Positions 24,851 to 39,146 of a stretch of 64,000 nucleotides of DNA are shown here, in pieces; the stretch's first letter is position 1; every line of letters begins with the position of its first letter. The position numbers and the translations under genes were made by a program. The notes beneath the pieces were generated by a model. It made no database searches. It saw only the letters and a list, made by a program, of their open reading frames with translations, and had not been told where the DNA came from. This DNA is from Schmidtea polychroa. Lineage: Eukaryota. Location: assembly GCA_044892525.1 (NCBI GenBank), contig CM097885.1, positions 48,362,001 to 48,426,000 of the forward strand, written 5' to 3'.

Positions 24851-26061
24851 TTCTAGGAATGGGTTTGAATCCCGTTTTTGAAGACCATTGATATTATTTG
24901 TATATAGATGTCCACATATCAAAAATCATTGTTGGCTCTCAACTCTACCACTTTCCTATGTTGTCAAATAAGTAGAATGAGTTGAAGTGCACTCCAGAAG
25001 CTTTCGATTTCTGTAATCGGCATCGTGATATCAGAACCATGTCAAAAAAATTGAAAAAAAATCAAGATCCTGAGATTAGGAAGACACTTGAAAAAGAGAT
25101 TTAGTTTGGAGTATGACTGTAGCAAAAAGGAGCGTTTTCCAGTTACTCTGGCCAACTCTTCTTCCAGCTACCGCCCAAAATAAGCATTTTAGTAACTAGA
25201 TTTGTGATTTTAATTTAGTTGAAATTAAATTATAAATAATTATATGTTGTGTATAAATACTTAACAAGAATCGTGTTTAAATACAAAATTACAAATTTAC
25301 AATAATATTTTGAAGTAGAAATTATATAAGACATGCAAATGAATTTTATTTCAAAAATCAAGGCATAATAAGAATTAGAGGATGAAATTTAAAGTCTGTC
25401 GAAGCCAAATTTGCGAAAGCATTCAATGCGAAGAATCGTAGAGATCAAGTACAAAAAAGTCACATAAAATCTAACTGCCGAAGTGCAAGTATTAGTGAGA
25501 TTTAAGCTTGACAAATGGAAGAAATTTAGAATACAGTATGAAAAACATTATGAAATTCTATGATATGTATCAGTTCGGTAATTTCAAAATTCAGTGAAGT
25601 CCAGAGATTAAATTAAGAAAGCGATGGAAGATAAATGAAGATGCAAAGAAAGAAGAAAATTAAAATGATGTTTGTTATAATAATAATTACGTTGTTTTAA
25701 TATTATTTGTAAATATATATATTTTGTAAATGGAGGAAATTCTATTAAAGTTAAGATTTTGTCTCAATTGATTAAACTTATATTTTTCATTCTATTTATT
25801 TTATTGAATTGTAAAATTCACAAATAATTTTAAAAAATTTATCAACATTAATTTATTAAGTCAAAATTAATAGAAAAAACTTTAAATATAGAAAAATTAA
25901 AATTTATTAGTTCTGCAATTTGGAGTGCTCAAACAATAATTGTCCACTTTGAGTGGTCCTATCTTGACATCAATGGACATTTATGTTGAATGTGATCTAA
26001 TGAGGAACATTGTAAATTTTTCATTTTTATCTTTAATATATACATTTTGATTATATGATTC

Positions 26062-26772
26062 TTAATCTGAAACTGGATCATTTTTCTCGACCTTAAAATT
26101 ATAGGCTACATAAGATTTATTCCATGGATTATCAGGTGATTTCTCAAACTCTTTTAATAAAAGTTTTTTCAATTGACTAAATCGAAGTCCAGGATTTTCT
26201 TTCTTTATTTCTGGCATGCGCTTCTCTTCAAATGCCAAATAAGCTACCTTAACTTTCTTTTCCACATGTCTGACTGGTTTATCTTTATCATTTAAAATGT
26301 TAAGTTTTTCGTCAACATTTCTTGCTTCGTCGTCATCAAAATCTAATTTATTGACATTTTCTGGAATCAGATCTTCAACCACCTCAACTACCTTTATCTT
26401 AATTCTTGCAGCTTCCTTTTGTTTCTTCTTCAATTCTTCTAATTGATAATGTGTAACTTTTTCTACAGGCGCTTTTTGATTATTAATTTCATTCATTTCT
26501 TTCAAGTGCAAATTTTGAATTTCTTTCTTATTTTCTAAATGTTGTATCTTTTTTGCTTCTTTATTTTCCTAATAAAATAATATTAAGAATTTAGTGTTGG
26601 AATAAAAATCTATTACTTTTCGTTGATTTTTCCTATTTGTATACTTATCATCATCTTTCCAATATTTATCTTCAATTGCTTTTTGTTTTAATTCAATTTC
26701 ACAGTTTTTCTTTTCCTGCTTTCTTGCTTTTGCTTCCACAGCTTTAGTATTTGCAGACATTTTCTTAGCCAT
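26062..26772 (-). CDS. CCDC124: CCDC124/Lso2/Oxs1-family protein copy 1; exons 26772-26617 and 26568-26062; 220 aa
   Basis: N-terminus MAKKMSANTKAVEAKARK...EDKYWKDDDK...RK and C-terminus RHVEKKVKVAYLAFEEKRMPEIKKENPGLRFSQLKKLLLKEFEKSPDNPWN match CCDC124 hallmarks. A 48 nt GTAATA...TTATTAG intron joins the exons in frame. Confidence 0.95.
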
Positions 26773-27527
26773 TTCTGATAATGATAATAATATGACTAAA
26801 ATGTACAAAATAAATAAAGTTCTTACTATTTCTGAGTTAAACTTGTAAAAATAGTTCAAACCATAAATTAATCTAAACAAATATTTTGATGGAGATAAAA
26901 TACGGAAATTTAACTAATGAAATGAAGATAGGAAAACAAAATTTAATCTTATATAACTCCAACAAATTGCGACCGTGGTATTCTGACCGAAATGACCCAG
27001 TACACTTGTTATATTTTTCAAGATTCTTTCGATATTTTTATTTGAAGTGACCCTGCAACATGTAATTGTAAGATATGAGCAAAACATTGTATATGAATGC
27101 AAATTCCTGATATTACTAGAAAATTTTGAGAAATCATAAAGAATCAAGACGAATCGAGGTAAATCGGAACATCAAAATGCAATTATAATCATAAAGTACA
27201 AGAAGCCAAAACCGTTCAACAATGAATCTCATCTTTGTGATTGGGGGTTATACGTTTATTCACAGTTTGTTATGAAAATATTGAATATGAAAAATGCGTT
27301 GGGAGTGTTATTATTATTTATTGAATATTAAAGACCACAAAGAGTCAGAAATACCGATTGTAGTTTATTTGTTTAATTAAAAACACAAAAATTATTATTT
27401 TACACGAGTGGTTATCAAATTTATTGCATAATTCTAGTATTTGGGTTCAAATATCAGGATATATGACTTTTTCTTTTATGGCAATAATAAAATAACTATA
27501 TGTATAGTAAAATGATAAATGTTTTTT

Positions 27528-27617
27528 GGGAATGGTGGTTCAGTAGGCAAATACTCTTCTTGATTTTTGATGATGTCGGAAAGTTTTTGGTTCAAATCCC
27601 AGGAAGGATGACTTTTT
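27528..27617 (+). other. tRNA-derived (SINE-like or pseudo-tRNA) element with Pol III A and B boxes; present once in every complete array unit
   Basis: GGAATGGTGGTTCAGT(A/G)GG resembles the tRNA-Gly 5' end and A box. B box GGTTCAAATCC is at 27589-27599, followed by a T-run. The cloverleaf is not intact. Confidence 0.55.
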
Positions 27618-29142
27618 GTTTTTTTTTCAAAAATTTATTTTTAACATTTATTATTAGTAGAATATGAATCAGCATACTTTGTTTGCTATAAATTTAAAAT
27701 TTCATAAAAATTGGTCAAGGATTTCTTATTTTAGGATAAAAAATAATATTTTGATATGAGACTCCAGTGGTTCTCACACTTTGTGGCGTTATCGAAGTCC
27801 CTGGATCTAAATCCAAAGAGGCGTGATTTTTTCTTATATGATTATAATAAAATTAATATATGTATATTAAAATGATGTTTTAATGAGAATATTCAAAATA
27901 TAATGCATTTTGGGTAAGAATAGAACATATATGTCGAAAATGTGTTTGAATGCCGATTTTGAAGACCATTGATAATAATTGTATATAGATGTCCACATAT
28001 TAAAAATCATTGTTGGCTCTCAACTCTACCACTTTCCTATGTTGTCAAATAAGCAGAACGAGCTGGAGTGCATTTCAGAAACTTTCGATGTCTGTAATAG
28101 GCATCATGACATCAGAACCACGTCAACAAATTGAGAAAAAGATCAAGATCATGAGATTAGGAAGACACGTCAAAAAGAGATTTAGTTTGAAGTACGACTG
28201 TAGCGAAAAGGAGCGTTTTCCAGTTACTCTGGCCAACTCTTCTTCCAGCTACCGCCCAAAATAAGCATTTTAGTAACTAGATTTGTGATTTTAATTTAGT
28301 TGAAATTAAATTATAAATAATTATATGTTGTGTATAAATACTTAACAAGAATCGTGTTTAAATACAAAATTACAAATTTACAATAATATTTTGAAGTAGA
28401 AATTATATAAGACATGCAAATGAATTTTATTTCAAAAATCAAGGCATAATAAGAATTAGAGGATGAAATTTAAAGTCTGTCGAATCCAAATTTGCGAAAG
28501 CATTCAATGCGAAGAATCGTAGAGATCAAGTACAAAAAAGTCACATAAAATCTAACTGCCGAAGTGCAAGTATTAGTGAGATTTAAGCTTGACAAATGGA
28601 AGAAATTTAGAATACAGTATGAAAAACATTATGAAATTCTATGATATGTATCAGTTCGGTAATTTCAAAATTCAGTGAAGTCCAGAGATTAAATTAAGAA
28701 AGCGATGGAAGATAAATGAAGATGCAAAGAAAGAAGAAAATTAAAATGATGTTTGTTATAATAATAATTACGTTGTTTTAATATTATTTGTAAATATATA
28801 TATTTTGTAAATGGAGGAAATTCTATTAAAGTTAAGATTTTGTCTCAATTGATTAAACTTATATTTTTCATTCTATTTATTTTATTGAATTGTAAAATTC
28901 ACAAATAATTTTAAAAAATTTATCAACATTAATTTATTAAGTCAAAATTAATAGAAAAAACTTTAAATATAGAAAAATTAAAATTTATTAGTTCTGCAAT
29001 TTGGAGTGCTCAAACAATAATTGTCCACTTTGAGTGGTCCTATCTTGACATCAATGGACATTTATGTTGAATGTGATCTAATGAGGAACATTGTAAATTT
29101 TTCATTTTTATCTTTAATATATACATTTTGATTATATGATTC

Positions 29143-29853
29143 TTAATCTGAAACTGGATCATTTTTCTCGACCTTAAAATTATAGGCTACATAAGATTTA
29201 TTCCATGGATTATCAGGTGATTTCTCAAACTCTTTTAATAAAAGTTTTTTCAATTGACTAAATCGAAGTCCAGGATTTTCTTTCTTTATTTCTGGCATGC
29301 GCTTCTCTTCAAATGCCAAATAAGCTACCTTAACTTTCTTTTCCACATGTCTGACTGGTTTATCTTTATCATTTAAAATGTTAAGTTTTTCGTCAACATT
29401 TCTTGCTTCGTCGTCATCAAAATCTAATTTATTGACATTTTCTGGAATCAGATCTTCAACCACCTCAACTACCTTTATCTTAATTCTTGCAGCTTCCTTT
29501 TGTTTCTTCTTCAATTCTTCTAATTGATAATGTGTAACTTTTTCTACAGGCGCTTTTTGATTATTAATTTCATTCATTTCTTTCAAGTGCAAATTTTGAA
29601 TTTCTTTCTTATTTTCTAAATGTTGTATCTTTTTTGCTTCTTTATTTTCCTAATAAAATAATATTAAGAATTTAGTGTTGGAATAAAAATCTATTACTTT
29701 TCGTTGATTTTTCCTATTTGTATACTTATCATCATCTTTCCAATATTTATCTTCAATTGCTTTTTGTTTTAATTCAATTTCACAGTTTTTCTTTTCCTGC
29801 TTTCTTGCTTTTGCTTCCACAGCTTTAGTATTTGCAGACATTTTCTTAGCCAT
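29143..29853 (-). CDS. CCDC124: CCDC124 copy 2
   Basis: Same two exons and intact splice sites as copy 1. Confidence 0.95.
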
Positions 29854-32223
29854 TTCTGATAATGATAATAATATGACTAAAATGTACAAAATAAATAAAG
29901 TTCTTACTATTTCTGAGTTAAACTTGTAAAAATAGTTCAAACCATAAATTAATCTAAACAAATATTTTGATGGAGATAAAATACGGAAATTTAACTAATG
30001 AAATGAAGATAGGAAAACAAACTTTAATCTTATATAACTCCAACAAATTGCGACCGTGGTATTCTGACCGAAATGACCCAGTACACTTGTTATATTTTTC
30101 AAGATTCTTTCGATATTTTTATTTGAAGTGACCCTGCAACATGTAATTGTAAGATATGAGCAAAACATTGTATATGAATGCAAATTCCTGATATTACTAG
30201 AAAATTTTGAGAAATCATAAAGAATCAAGACGAATCGAGGTAAATCGGAACATCAAAATGCGATTATAATCATAAAGTACAAGAAGCCAAAACCGTTCAA
30301 CAATGAATCTCATCTTTGTGATTGGGGGTTATACGTTTATTCACAGTTTGTTATGAAAATATTGAATATGAAAAATGCGTTGGGAGTGTTATTATTATTT
30401 ATTGAATATTAAAGACCACAAAGAGTCAGAAATACCGATTGTAGTTTATTTGTTTAATTAAAAACACAAAAATTATTATTTTACACGAGTGGTTATCAAA
30501 TTTATTGCATAATTCTAGTATTTGGGTTCAAATATCAGGATATATGACTTTTTCTTTTATGGCAATAATAAAATAACTATATGTATAGTAAAATGATAAA
30601 TGTTTTTTGGGAATGGTGGTTCAGTAGGCAAATACTCTTCTTGATTTTTGATGATGTCGGAAAGTTTTTGGTTCAAATCCCAGGAAGGATGACTTTTTGT
30701 TTTTTTTTCAAAAATTTATTTTTAACATTTATTATTAGTAGAATATGAATCAGCATACTTTGTTTGCTATAAATTTAAAATTTCATAAAAATTGGTCAAG
30801 GATTTCTTATTTTAGGATAAAAAATAATATTTTGATATGAGACTCCAGTGGTTCTCACACTTTGTGGCGTTATCGAAGTCCCTGGATCTAAATCCAAAGA
30901 GGCGTGATTTTTTCTTATATGATTATAATAAAATTAATATATGTATATTAAAATGATGTTTTAATGAGAATATTCAAAATATAATGCATTTTGGGTAAGA
31001 ATAGAACATATATGTCGAAAATGTGTTTGAATGCCGATTTTGAAGACCATTGATAATAATTGTATATAGATGTCCACATATTAAAAATCATTGTTGGCTC
31101 TCAACTCTACCACTTTCCTATGTTGTCAAATAAGCAGAACGAGCTGGAGTGCATTTCAGAAACTTTCGATGTCTGTAATAGGCATCATGACATCAGAACC
31201 ACGTCAACAAATTGAGAAAAAGATCAAGATCATGAGATTAGGAAGACACGTCAAAAAGAGATTTAGTTTGAAGTACGACTGTAGCGAAAAGGAGCGTTTT
31301 CCAGTTACTCTGGCCAACTCTTCTTCCAGCTACCGCCCAAAATAAGCATTTTAGTAACTAGATTTGTGATTTTAATTTAGTTGAAATTAAATTATAAATA
31401 ATTATATGTTGTGTATAAATACTTAACAAGAATCGTGTTTAAATACAAAATTACAAATTTACAATAATATTTTGAAGTAGAAATTATATAAGACATGCAA
31501 ATGAATTTTATTTCAAAAATCAAGGCATAATAAGAATTAGAGGATGAAATTTAAAGTCTGTCGAATCCAAATTTGCGAAAGCATTCAATGCGAAGAATCG
31601 TAGAGATCAAGTACAAAAAAGTCACATAAAATCTAACTGCCGAAGTGCAAGTATTAGTGAGATTTAAGCTTGACAAATGGAAGAAATTTAGAATACAGTA
31701 TGAAAAACATTATGAAATTCTATGATATGTATCAGTTCGGTAATTTCAAAATTCAGTGAAGTCCAGAGATTAAATTAAGAAAGCGATGGAAGATAAATGA
31801 AGATGCAAAGAAAGAAGAAAATTAAAATGATGTTTGTTATAATAATAATTACGTTGTTTTAATATTATTTGTAAATATATATATTTTGTAAATGGAGGAA
31901 ATTCTATTAAAGTTAAGATTTTGTCTCAATTGATTAAACTTATATTTTTCATTCTATTTATTTTATTGAATTGTAAAATTCACAAATAATTTTAAAAAAT
32001 TTATCAACATTAATTTATTAAGTCAAAATTAATAGAAAAAACTTTAAATATAGAAAAATTAAAATTTATTAGTTCTGCAATTTGGAGTGCTCAAACAATA
32101 ATTGTCCACTTTGAGTGGTCCTATCTTGACATCAATGGACATTTATGTTGAATGTGATCTAATGAGGAACATTGTAAATTTTTCATTTTTATCTTTAATA
32201 TATACATTTTGATTATATGATTC

Positions 32224-32934
32224 TTAATCTGAAACTGGATCATTTTTCTCGACCTTAAAATTATAGGCTACATAAGATTTATTCCATGGATTATCAGGTG
32301 ATTTCTCAAACTCTTTTAATAAAAGTTTTTTCAATTGACTAAATCGAAGTCCAGGATTTTCTTTCTTTATTTCTGGCATGCGCTTCTCTTCAAATGCCAA
32401 ATAAGCTACCTTAACTTTCTTTTCCACATGTCTGACTGGTTTATCTTTATCATTTAAAATGTTAAGTTTTTCGTCAACATTTCTTGCTTCGTCGTCATCA
32501 AAATCTAATTTATTGACATTTTCTGGAATCAGATCTTCAACCACCTCAACTACCTTTATCTTAATTCTTGCAGCTTCCTTTTGTTTCTTCTTCAATTCTT
32601 CTAATTGATAATGTGTAACTTTTTCTACAGGCGCTTTTTGATTATTAATTTCATTCATTTCTTTCAAGTGCAAATTTTGAATTTCTTTCTTATTTTCTAA
32701 ATGTTGTATCTTTTTTGCTTCTTTATTTTCCTAATAAAATAATATTAAGAATTTAGTGTTGGAATAAAAATCTATTACTTTTCGTTGATTTTTCCTATTT
32801 GTATACTTATCATCATCTTTCCAATATTTATCTTCAATTGCTTTTTGTTTTAATTCAATTTCACAGTTTTTCTTTTCCTGCTTTCTTGCTTTTGCTTCCA
32901 CAGCTTTAGTATTTGCAGACATTTTCTTAGCCAT
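32224..32934 (-). CDS. CCDC124: CCDC124 copy 3
   Basis: Same two exons and intact splice sites. Confidence 0.95.
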
Positions 32935-35329
32935 TTCTGATAATGATAATAATATGACTAAAATGTACAAAATAAATAAAGTTCTTACTATTTCTGAGTT
33001 AAACTTGTAAAAATAGTTCAAACCATAAATTAATCTAAACAAATATTTTGATGGAGATAAAATACGGAAATTTAACTAATGAAATGAAGATAGGAAAACA
33101 AACTTTAATCTTATATAACTCCAACAAATTGCGACCGTGGTATTCTGACCGAAATGACCCAGTACACTTGTTATATTTTTCAAGATTCTTTCGATATTTT
33201 TATTTGAAGTGACCCTGCAACATGTAATTGTAAGATATGAGCAAAACATTGTATATGAATGCAAATTCCTGATATTACTAGAAAATTTTGAGAAATCATA
33301 AAGAATCAAGACGAATCGAGGTAAATCGGAACATCAAAATGCGATTATAATCATAAAGTACAAGAAGCCAAAACCGTTCAACAATGAATCTCATCTTTGT
33401 GATTGGGGGTTATACGTTTATTCACAGTTTGTTATGAAAATATTGAATATGAAAAATGCGTTGGGAGTGTTATTATTATTTATTGAATATTAAAGACCAC
33501 AAAGAGTCAGAAATACCGATTGTAGTTTATTTGTTTAATTAAAAACACAAAAATTATTATTATACACGAGTGGTTATCAAATTTATTGCATAATTCTAGT
33601 ATTTGGGTTCAAATATCAGGATATATGACTTTTTCTTTTATGGCAATAATAAAATAACTATATGTATAGTAAAATGATAAATGTTTTTAGGGAATGGTGG
33701 TTCAGTGGGCAAATACTCTTCTTGATTTTTGATGATGTCGGAAAGTTTTTGGTTCAAATTCCAGGAAGGATGACTTTTTTATTTTTTTTCAAAAATTTAT
33801 TTTTAACATTTATTATTAGTAGAATATGAATCAGCATACTTTGTTTGCTATAAATTTAAAATTTCATAAAAATTGGTCAAGGATTTCTTATTTTAGGATA
33901 AAAAATAATATTTTGATATGAGACTCCAGTGGTTCTCACACTTTGTGGCGTTATCGAAGTCCCTGGATCTAAATCCAAAGAGGCGTGATTTTTTCTTATA
34001 TGATTATAATAAAATTAATATATGTATATTAAAATGATGTTTTAATGAGAATATTCAAAATATAATGCATTTTGGGTAAGAATAGAACATATATGTCGAA
34101 AATGTGTTTGAATGCCGATTTTGAAGACCATTGATAATAATTGTATATAGATGTCCACATATTAAAAATCATTGTTGGCTCTCAACTCTACCACTTTCCT
34201 ATGTTGTCAAATAAGTAGAATGAGTTGAAGTGCACTCCAGAAGCTTTCGATTTCTGTAATCGGCATCGTGATATCAGAACCATGTCAAAAAAATTGAAAA
34301 AAAATCAAGATCCTGAGATTAGGAAGACACTTCAAAAAGAGATTTAGTTTGGAGTATGACTGTAGCGAAAAGGAGCGTTTTCCAGTTACTCTAGCCAACT
34401 CTTCTTCCAGCTACGCCCAATCGTCCTCGAGTAAGTGCTTGCTAAAATAAGCATTCTAGTAATTAGATTTGTGATTTTAATTTAGTTGAAATTAAATTAT
34501 AAATAATTATATGTTGTGTATAAATACTTAACAAGAATCGTGTTTAAATACAAAATTACAAATTTACAATAATATTTTGAAGTAGAAATTATATAAGACA
34601 TGCAAATGAATTTTATTTCAAAAATCAAGGCATAATAAGAATTAGAGGATGAAATTTAAAGTCTGTCGAAGCCAAATTTGCGAAAGCATTCAATGCGAAG
34701 AATCGTAGAGATCAAGTACAAAAAAAGTCACATAAAATCTAACTGCCGAAGTGCAAGTATTAGTGAGATTTAAGCTTGACAAATAGAAGAAATTTAGAAT
34801 ACAGTATGAAAAACATTATGAAATTCTATGATATGTATCAGTTCGGTAATTTCAAAATTCAGTGAAGTCCAGAGATTAAATTAAGAAAGCGATGGAAGAT
34901 AAATGAAGATGCAAAGAAAGAAGAAAATTAAAATGATGTTTGTTATAATAATAATTACGTTGTTTTAATATTATTTGTAAATATATATATTTTGTAAATG
35001 GAGGAAATTCTATTAAAGTTAAGATTTTGTCTCAATTGATTAAACTTATATTTTTCATTCTATTTATTTTATTGAATTGTAAAATTCACAAATAATTTTA
35101 AAAAATTTATCAACATTAATTTATTAAGTCAAAATTAATAGAAAAAACTTTAAATATAGAAAAATTAAAATTTATTAGTTCTGCAATTTGGAGTGCTCAA
35201 ACAATAATTGTCCACTTTGAGTGGTCCTATCTTGACATCAATGGACATTTATGTTGAATGTGATCTAATGAGGAACATTGTAAATTTTTCATTTTTATCT
35301 TTAATATATACATTTTGATTATATGATTC

Positions 35330-36040
35330 TTAATCTGAAACTGGATCATTTTTCTCGACCTTAAAATTATAGGCTACATAAGATTTATTCCATGGATTAT
35401 CAGGTGATTTCTCAAACTCTTTTAATAAAAGTTTTTTCAATTGACTAAATCGAAGTCCAGGGTTTTCTTTCTTTATTTCTGGCATGCGCTTCTCTTCAAA
35501 TGCCAAATAAGCTACCTTAACTTTCTTTTCCACATGTCTGACTGGTTTATCTTTATCATTTAAAATGTTAAGTTTTTCGTCAACATTTCTTGCTTCGTCG
35601 TCATCAAAATCTAATTTATTGACATTTTCTGGAATCAGATCTTCAACCACCTCAACTACCTTTATCTTAATTCTTGCAGCTTCCTTTTGTTTCTTCTTCA
35701 ATTCTTCTAATTGATAATGTGTAACTTTTTCTACAGGCGCTTTTTGATTATTAATTTCATTCATTTCTTTCAAGTGCAAATTTTGAATTTCTTTCTTATT
35801 TTCTAAATGTTGTATCTTTTTTGCTTCTTTATTTTCCTAATAAAATAATATTAAGAATTTAGTGTTGGAATAAAAATCTATTACTTTTCGTTGATTTTTC
35901 CTATTTGTATACTTATCATCATCTTTCCAATATTTATCTTCAATTGCTTTTTGTTTTAATTCAATTTCACAGTTTTTCTTTTCCTGCTTTCTTGCTTTTG
36001 CTTCCACAGCTTTAGTATTTGCAGACATTTTCTTAGCCAT
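35330..36040 (-). CDS. CCDC124: CCDC124 copy 4 (synonymous Asn codon variant)
   Basis: Intact. GTCCAGGGTTT replaces GTCCAGGATTT. Confidence 0.95.
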
Positions 36041-38435
36041 TTCTGATAATGATAATAATATGACTAAAATGTACAAAATAAATAAAGTTCTTACTATTTC
36101 TGAGTTAAACTTGTAAAAATAGTTCAAACCATAAATTAATCTAAACAAATATTTTGATGGAGATAAAATACGGAAATTTAACTAATGAAATGAAGATAGG
36201 AAAACAAAATTTAATCTTATATAACTCCAACAAATTGCGACCGTGGTATTCTGACCGAAATGACCCAGTACACTTGTTATATTTTTCAAGATTCTTTCGA
36301 TATTTTTATTTGAAGTGACCCTGCAACATGTAATTGTAAGATATGAGCAAAACATTGTATATGAATGCAAATTCCTGATATTACTAGAAAATTTTGAGAA
36401 ATCATAAAGAATCAAGACGAATCGAGGTAAATCGGAACATCAAAATGCGATTATAATCATAAAGTACAAGAAGCCAAAACCGTTCAACAATGAATCTCAT
36501 CTTTGTGATTGGGGGTTATACGTTTATTCACAGTTTGTTATGAAAATATTGAATATGAAAAATGCGTTGGGAGTGTTATTATTATTTATTGAATATTAAA
36601 GACCACAAAGAGTCAGAAATACCGATTGTAGTTTATTTGTTTAATTAAAAACACAAAAATTATTATTATACACGAGTGGTTATCAAATTTATTGCATAAT
36701 TCTAGTATTTGGGTTCAAATATCAGGATATATGACTTTTTCTTTTATGGCAATAATAAAATAACTATATGTATAGTAAAATGATAAATGTTTTTAGGGAA
36801 TGGTGGTTCAGTGGGCAAATACTCTTCTTGATTTTTGATGATGTCGGAAAGTTTTTGGTTCAAAATCCAGGAAGGATGACTTTTTTATTTTTTTTCAAAA
36901 ATTTATTTTTAACATTTATTATTAGTAGAATATGAATCAGCATACTTTGTTTGCTATAAATTTAAAATTTCATAAAAATTGGTCAAGGATTTCTTATTTT
37001 AGGATAAAAAATAATATTTTGATATGAGACTCCAGTGGTTCTCACACTTTGTGGCGTTATCGAAGTCCCTGGATCTAAATCCAAAGAGGCGTGATTTTTT
37101 CTTATATGATTATAATAAAATTAATATATGTATATTAAAATGATGTTTTAATGAGAATATTCAAAATATAATGCATTTTGGGTAAGAATAGAACATATAT
37201 GTCGAAAATGTGTTTGAATGCCGATTTTGAAGACCATTGATAATAATTGTATATAGATGTCCACATATTAAAAATCATTGTTGGCTCTCAACTCTACCAC
37301 TTTCCTATGTTGTCAAATAAGCAGAACGAGCTGGAGTGCATTTCAGAAACTTTCGATGTCTGTAATAGGCATCATGACATCAGAACCACGTCAACAAATT
37401 GAGAAAAAGATCAAGATCATGAGATTAGGAAGACACGTCAAAAAGAGATTTAGTTTGAAGTACGACTGTAGCGAAAAGGAGCGTTTTCCAGTTACTCTGG
37501 CCAACTCTTCTTCCAGCTACGCCCAATCGTCCTCGAGTAAGTGCTTGCTAAAATAAGCATTCTAGTAATTAGATTTGTGATTTTAATTTAGTTGAAATTA
37601 AATTATAAATAATTATATGTTGTGTATAAATACTTAACAAGAATCGTGTTTAAATACAAAATTACAAATTTACAATAATATTTTGAAGTAGAAATTATAT
37701 AAGACATGCAAATGAATTTTATTTCAAAAATCAAGGCATAATAAGAATTAGAGGATGAAATTTAAAGTCTGTCGAAGCCAAATTTGCGAAAGCATTCAAT
37801 GCGAAGAATCGTAGAGATCAAGTACAAAAAAAGTCACATAAAATCTAACTGCCGAAGTGCAAGTATTAGTGAGATTTAAGCTTGACAAATAGAAGAAATT
37901 TAGAATACAGTATGAAAAACATTATGAAATTCTATGATATGTATCAGTTCGGTAATTTCAAAATTCAGTGAAGTCCAGAGATTAAATTAAGAAAGCGATG
38001 GAAGATAAATGAAGATGCAAAGAAAGAAGAAAATTAAAATGATGTTTGTTATAATAATAATTACGTTGTTTTAATATTATTTGTAAATATATATATTTTG
38101 TAAATGGAGGAAATTCTATTAAAGTTAAGATTTTGTCTCAATTGATTAAACTTATATTTTTCATTCTATTTATTTTATTGAATTGTAAAATTCACAAATA
38201 ATTTTAAAAAATTTATCAACATTAATTTATTAAGTCAAAATTAATAGAAAAAACTTTAAATATAGAAAAATTAAAATTTATTAGTTCTGCAATTTGGAGT
38301 GCTCAAACAATAATTGTCCACTTTGAGTGGTCCTATCTTGACATCAATGGACATTTATGTTGAATGTGATCTAATGAGGAACATTGTAAATTTTTCATTT
38401 TTATCTTTAATATATACATTTTGATTATATGATTC

Positions 38436-39146
38436 TTAATCTGAAACTGGATCATTTTTCTCGACCTTAAAATTATAGGCTACATAAGATTTATTCCATG
38501 GATTATCAGGTGATTTCTCAAACTCTTTTAATAAAAGTTTTTTCAATTGACTAAATCGAAGTCCAGGGTTTTCTTTCTTTATTTCTGGCATGCGCTTCTC
38601 TTCAAATGCCAAATAAGCTACCTTAACTTTCTTTTCCACATGTCTGACTGGTTTATCTTTATCATTTAAAATGTTAAGTTTTTCGTCAACATTTCTTGCT
38701 TCGTCGTCATCAAAATCTAATTTATTGACATTTTCTGGAATCAGATCTTCAACCACCTCAACTACCTTTATCTTAATTCTTGCAGCTTCCTTTTGTTTCT
38801 TCTTCAATTCTTCTAATTGATAATGTGTAACTTTTTCTACAGGCGCTTTTTGATTATTAATTTCATTCATTTCTTTCAAGTGCAAATTTTGAATTTCTTT
38901 CTTATTTTCTAAATGTTGTATCTTTTTTGCTTCTTTATTTTCCTAATAAAATAATATTAAGAATTTAGTGTTGGAATAAAAATCTATTACTTTTCGTTGA
39001 TTTTTCCTATTTGTATACTTATCATCATCTTTCCAATATTTATCTTCAATTGCTTTTTGTTTTAATTCAATTTCACAGTTTTTCTTTTCCTGCTTTCTTG
39101 CTTTTGCTTCCACAGCTTTAGTATTTGCAGACATTTTCTTAGCCAT
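38436..39146 (-). CDS. CCDC124: CCDC124 copy 5 (synonymous variant)
   Basis: Intact; carries GTCCAGGGTTT. Confidence 0.95.

Noticed and set aside
25910..26015. H/ACA snoRNA in the array unit
   Set aside because: An ACA follows a weak hairpin, but the two candidate hairpins overlap and I could not identify an rRNA target.
26773..26880. Hydrophobic 36 aa N-terminal extension (signal-peptide-like) on CCDC124 exon 1
   Set aside because: It depends on a TTG start used by the ORF caller; family homology starts at MAKK.
26914..27147. Repeated 77 aa ORF in each unit
   Set aside because: Non-ATG start and no recognisable homology. Its recurrence only reflects array identity.
27528..27617. Functional tRNA gene
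   Set aside because: Acceptor and T stems do not pair properly, and internal TTTTT runs would terminate Pol III.
28010..28264. Repeated 84/92 aa ORF in the junction segment
   Set aside because: TTG start, broken in A-type junctions and variable at its end; treated as non-coding repeat.
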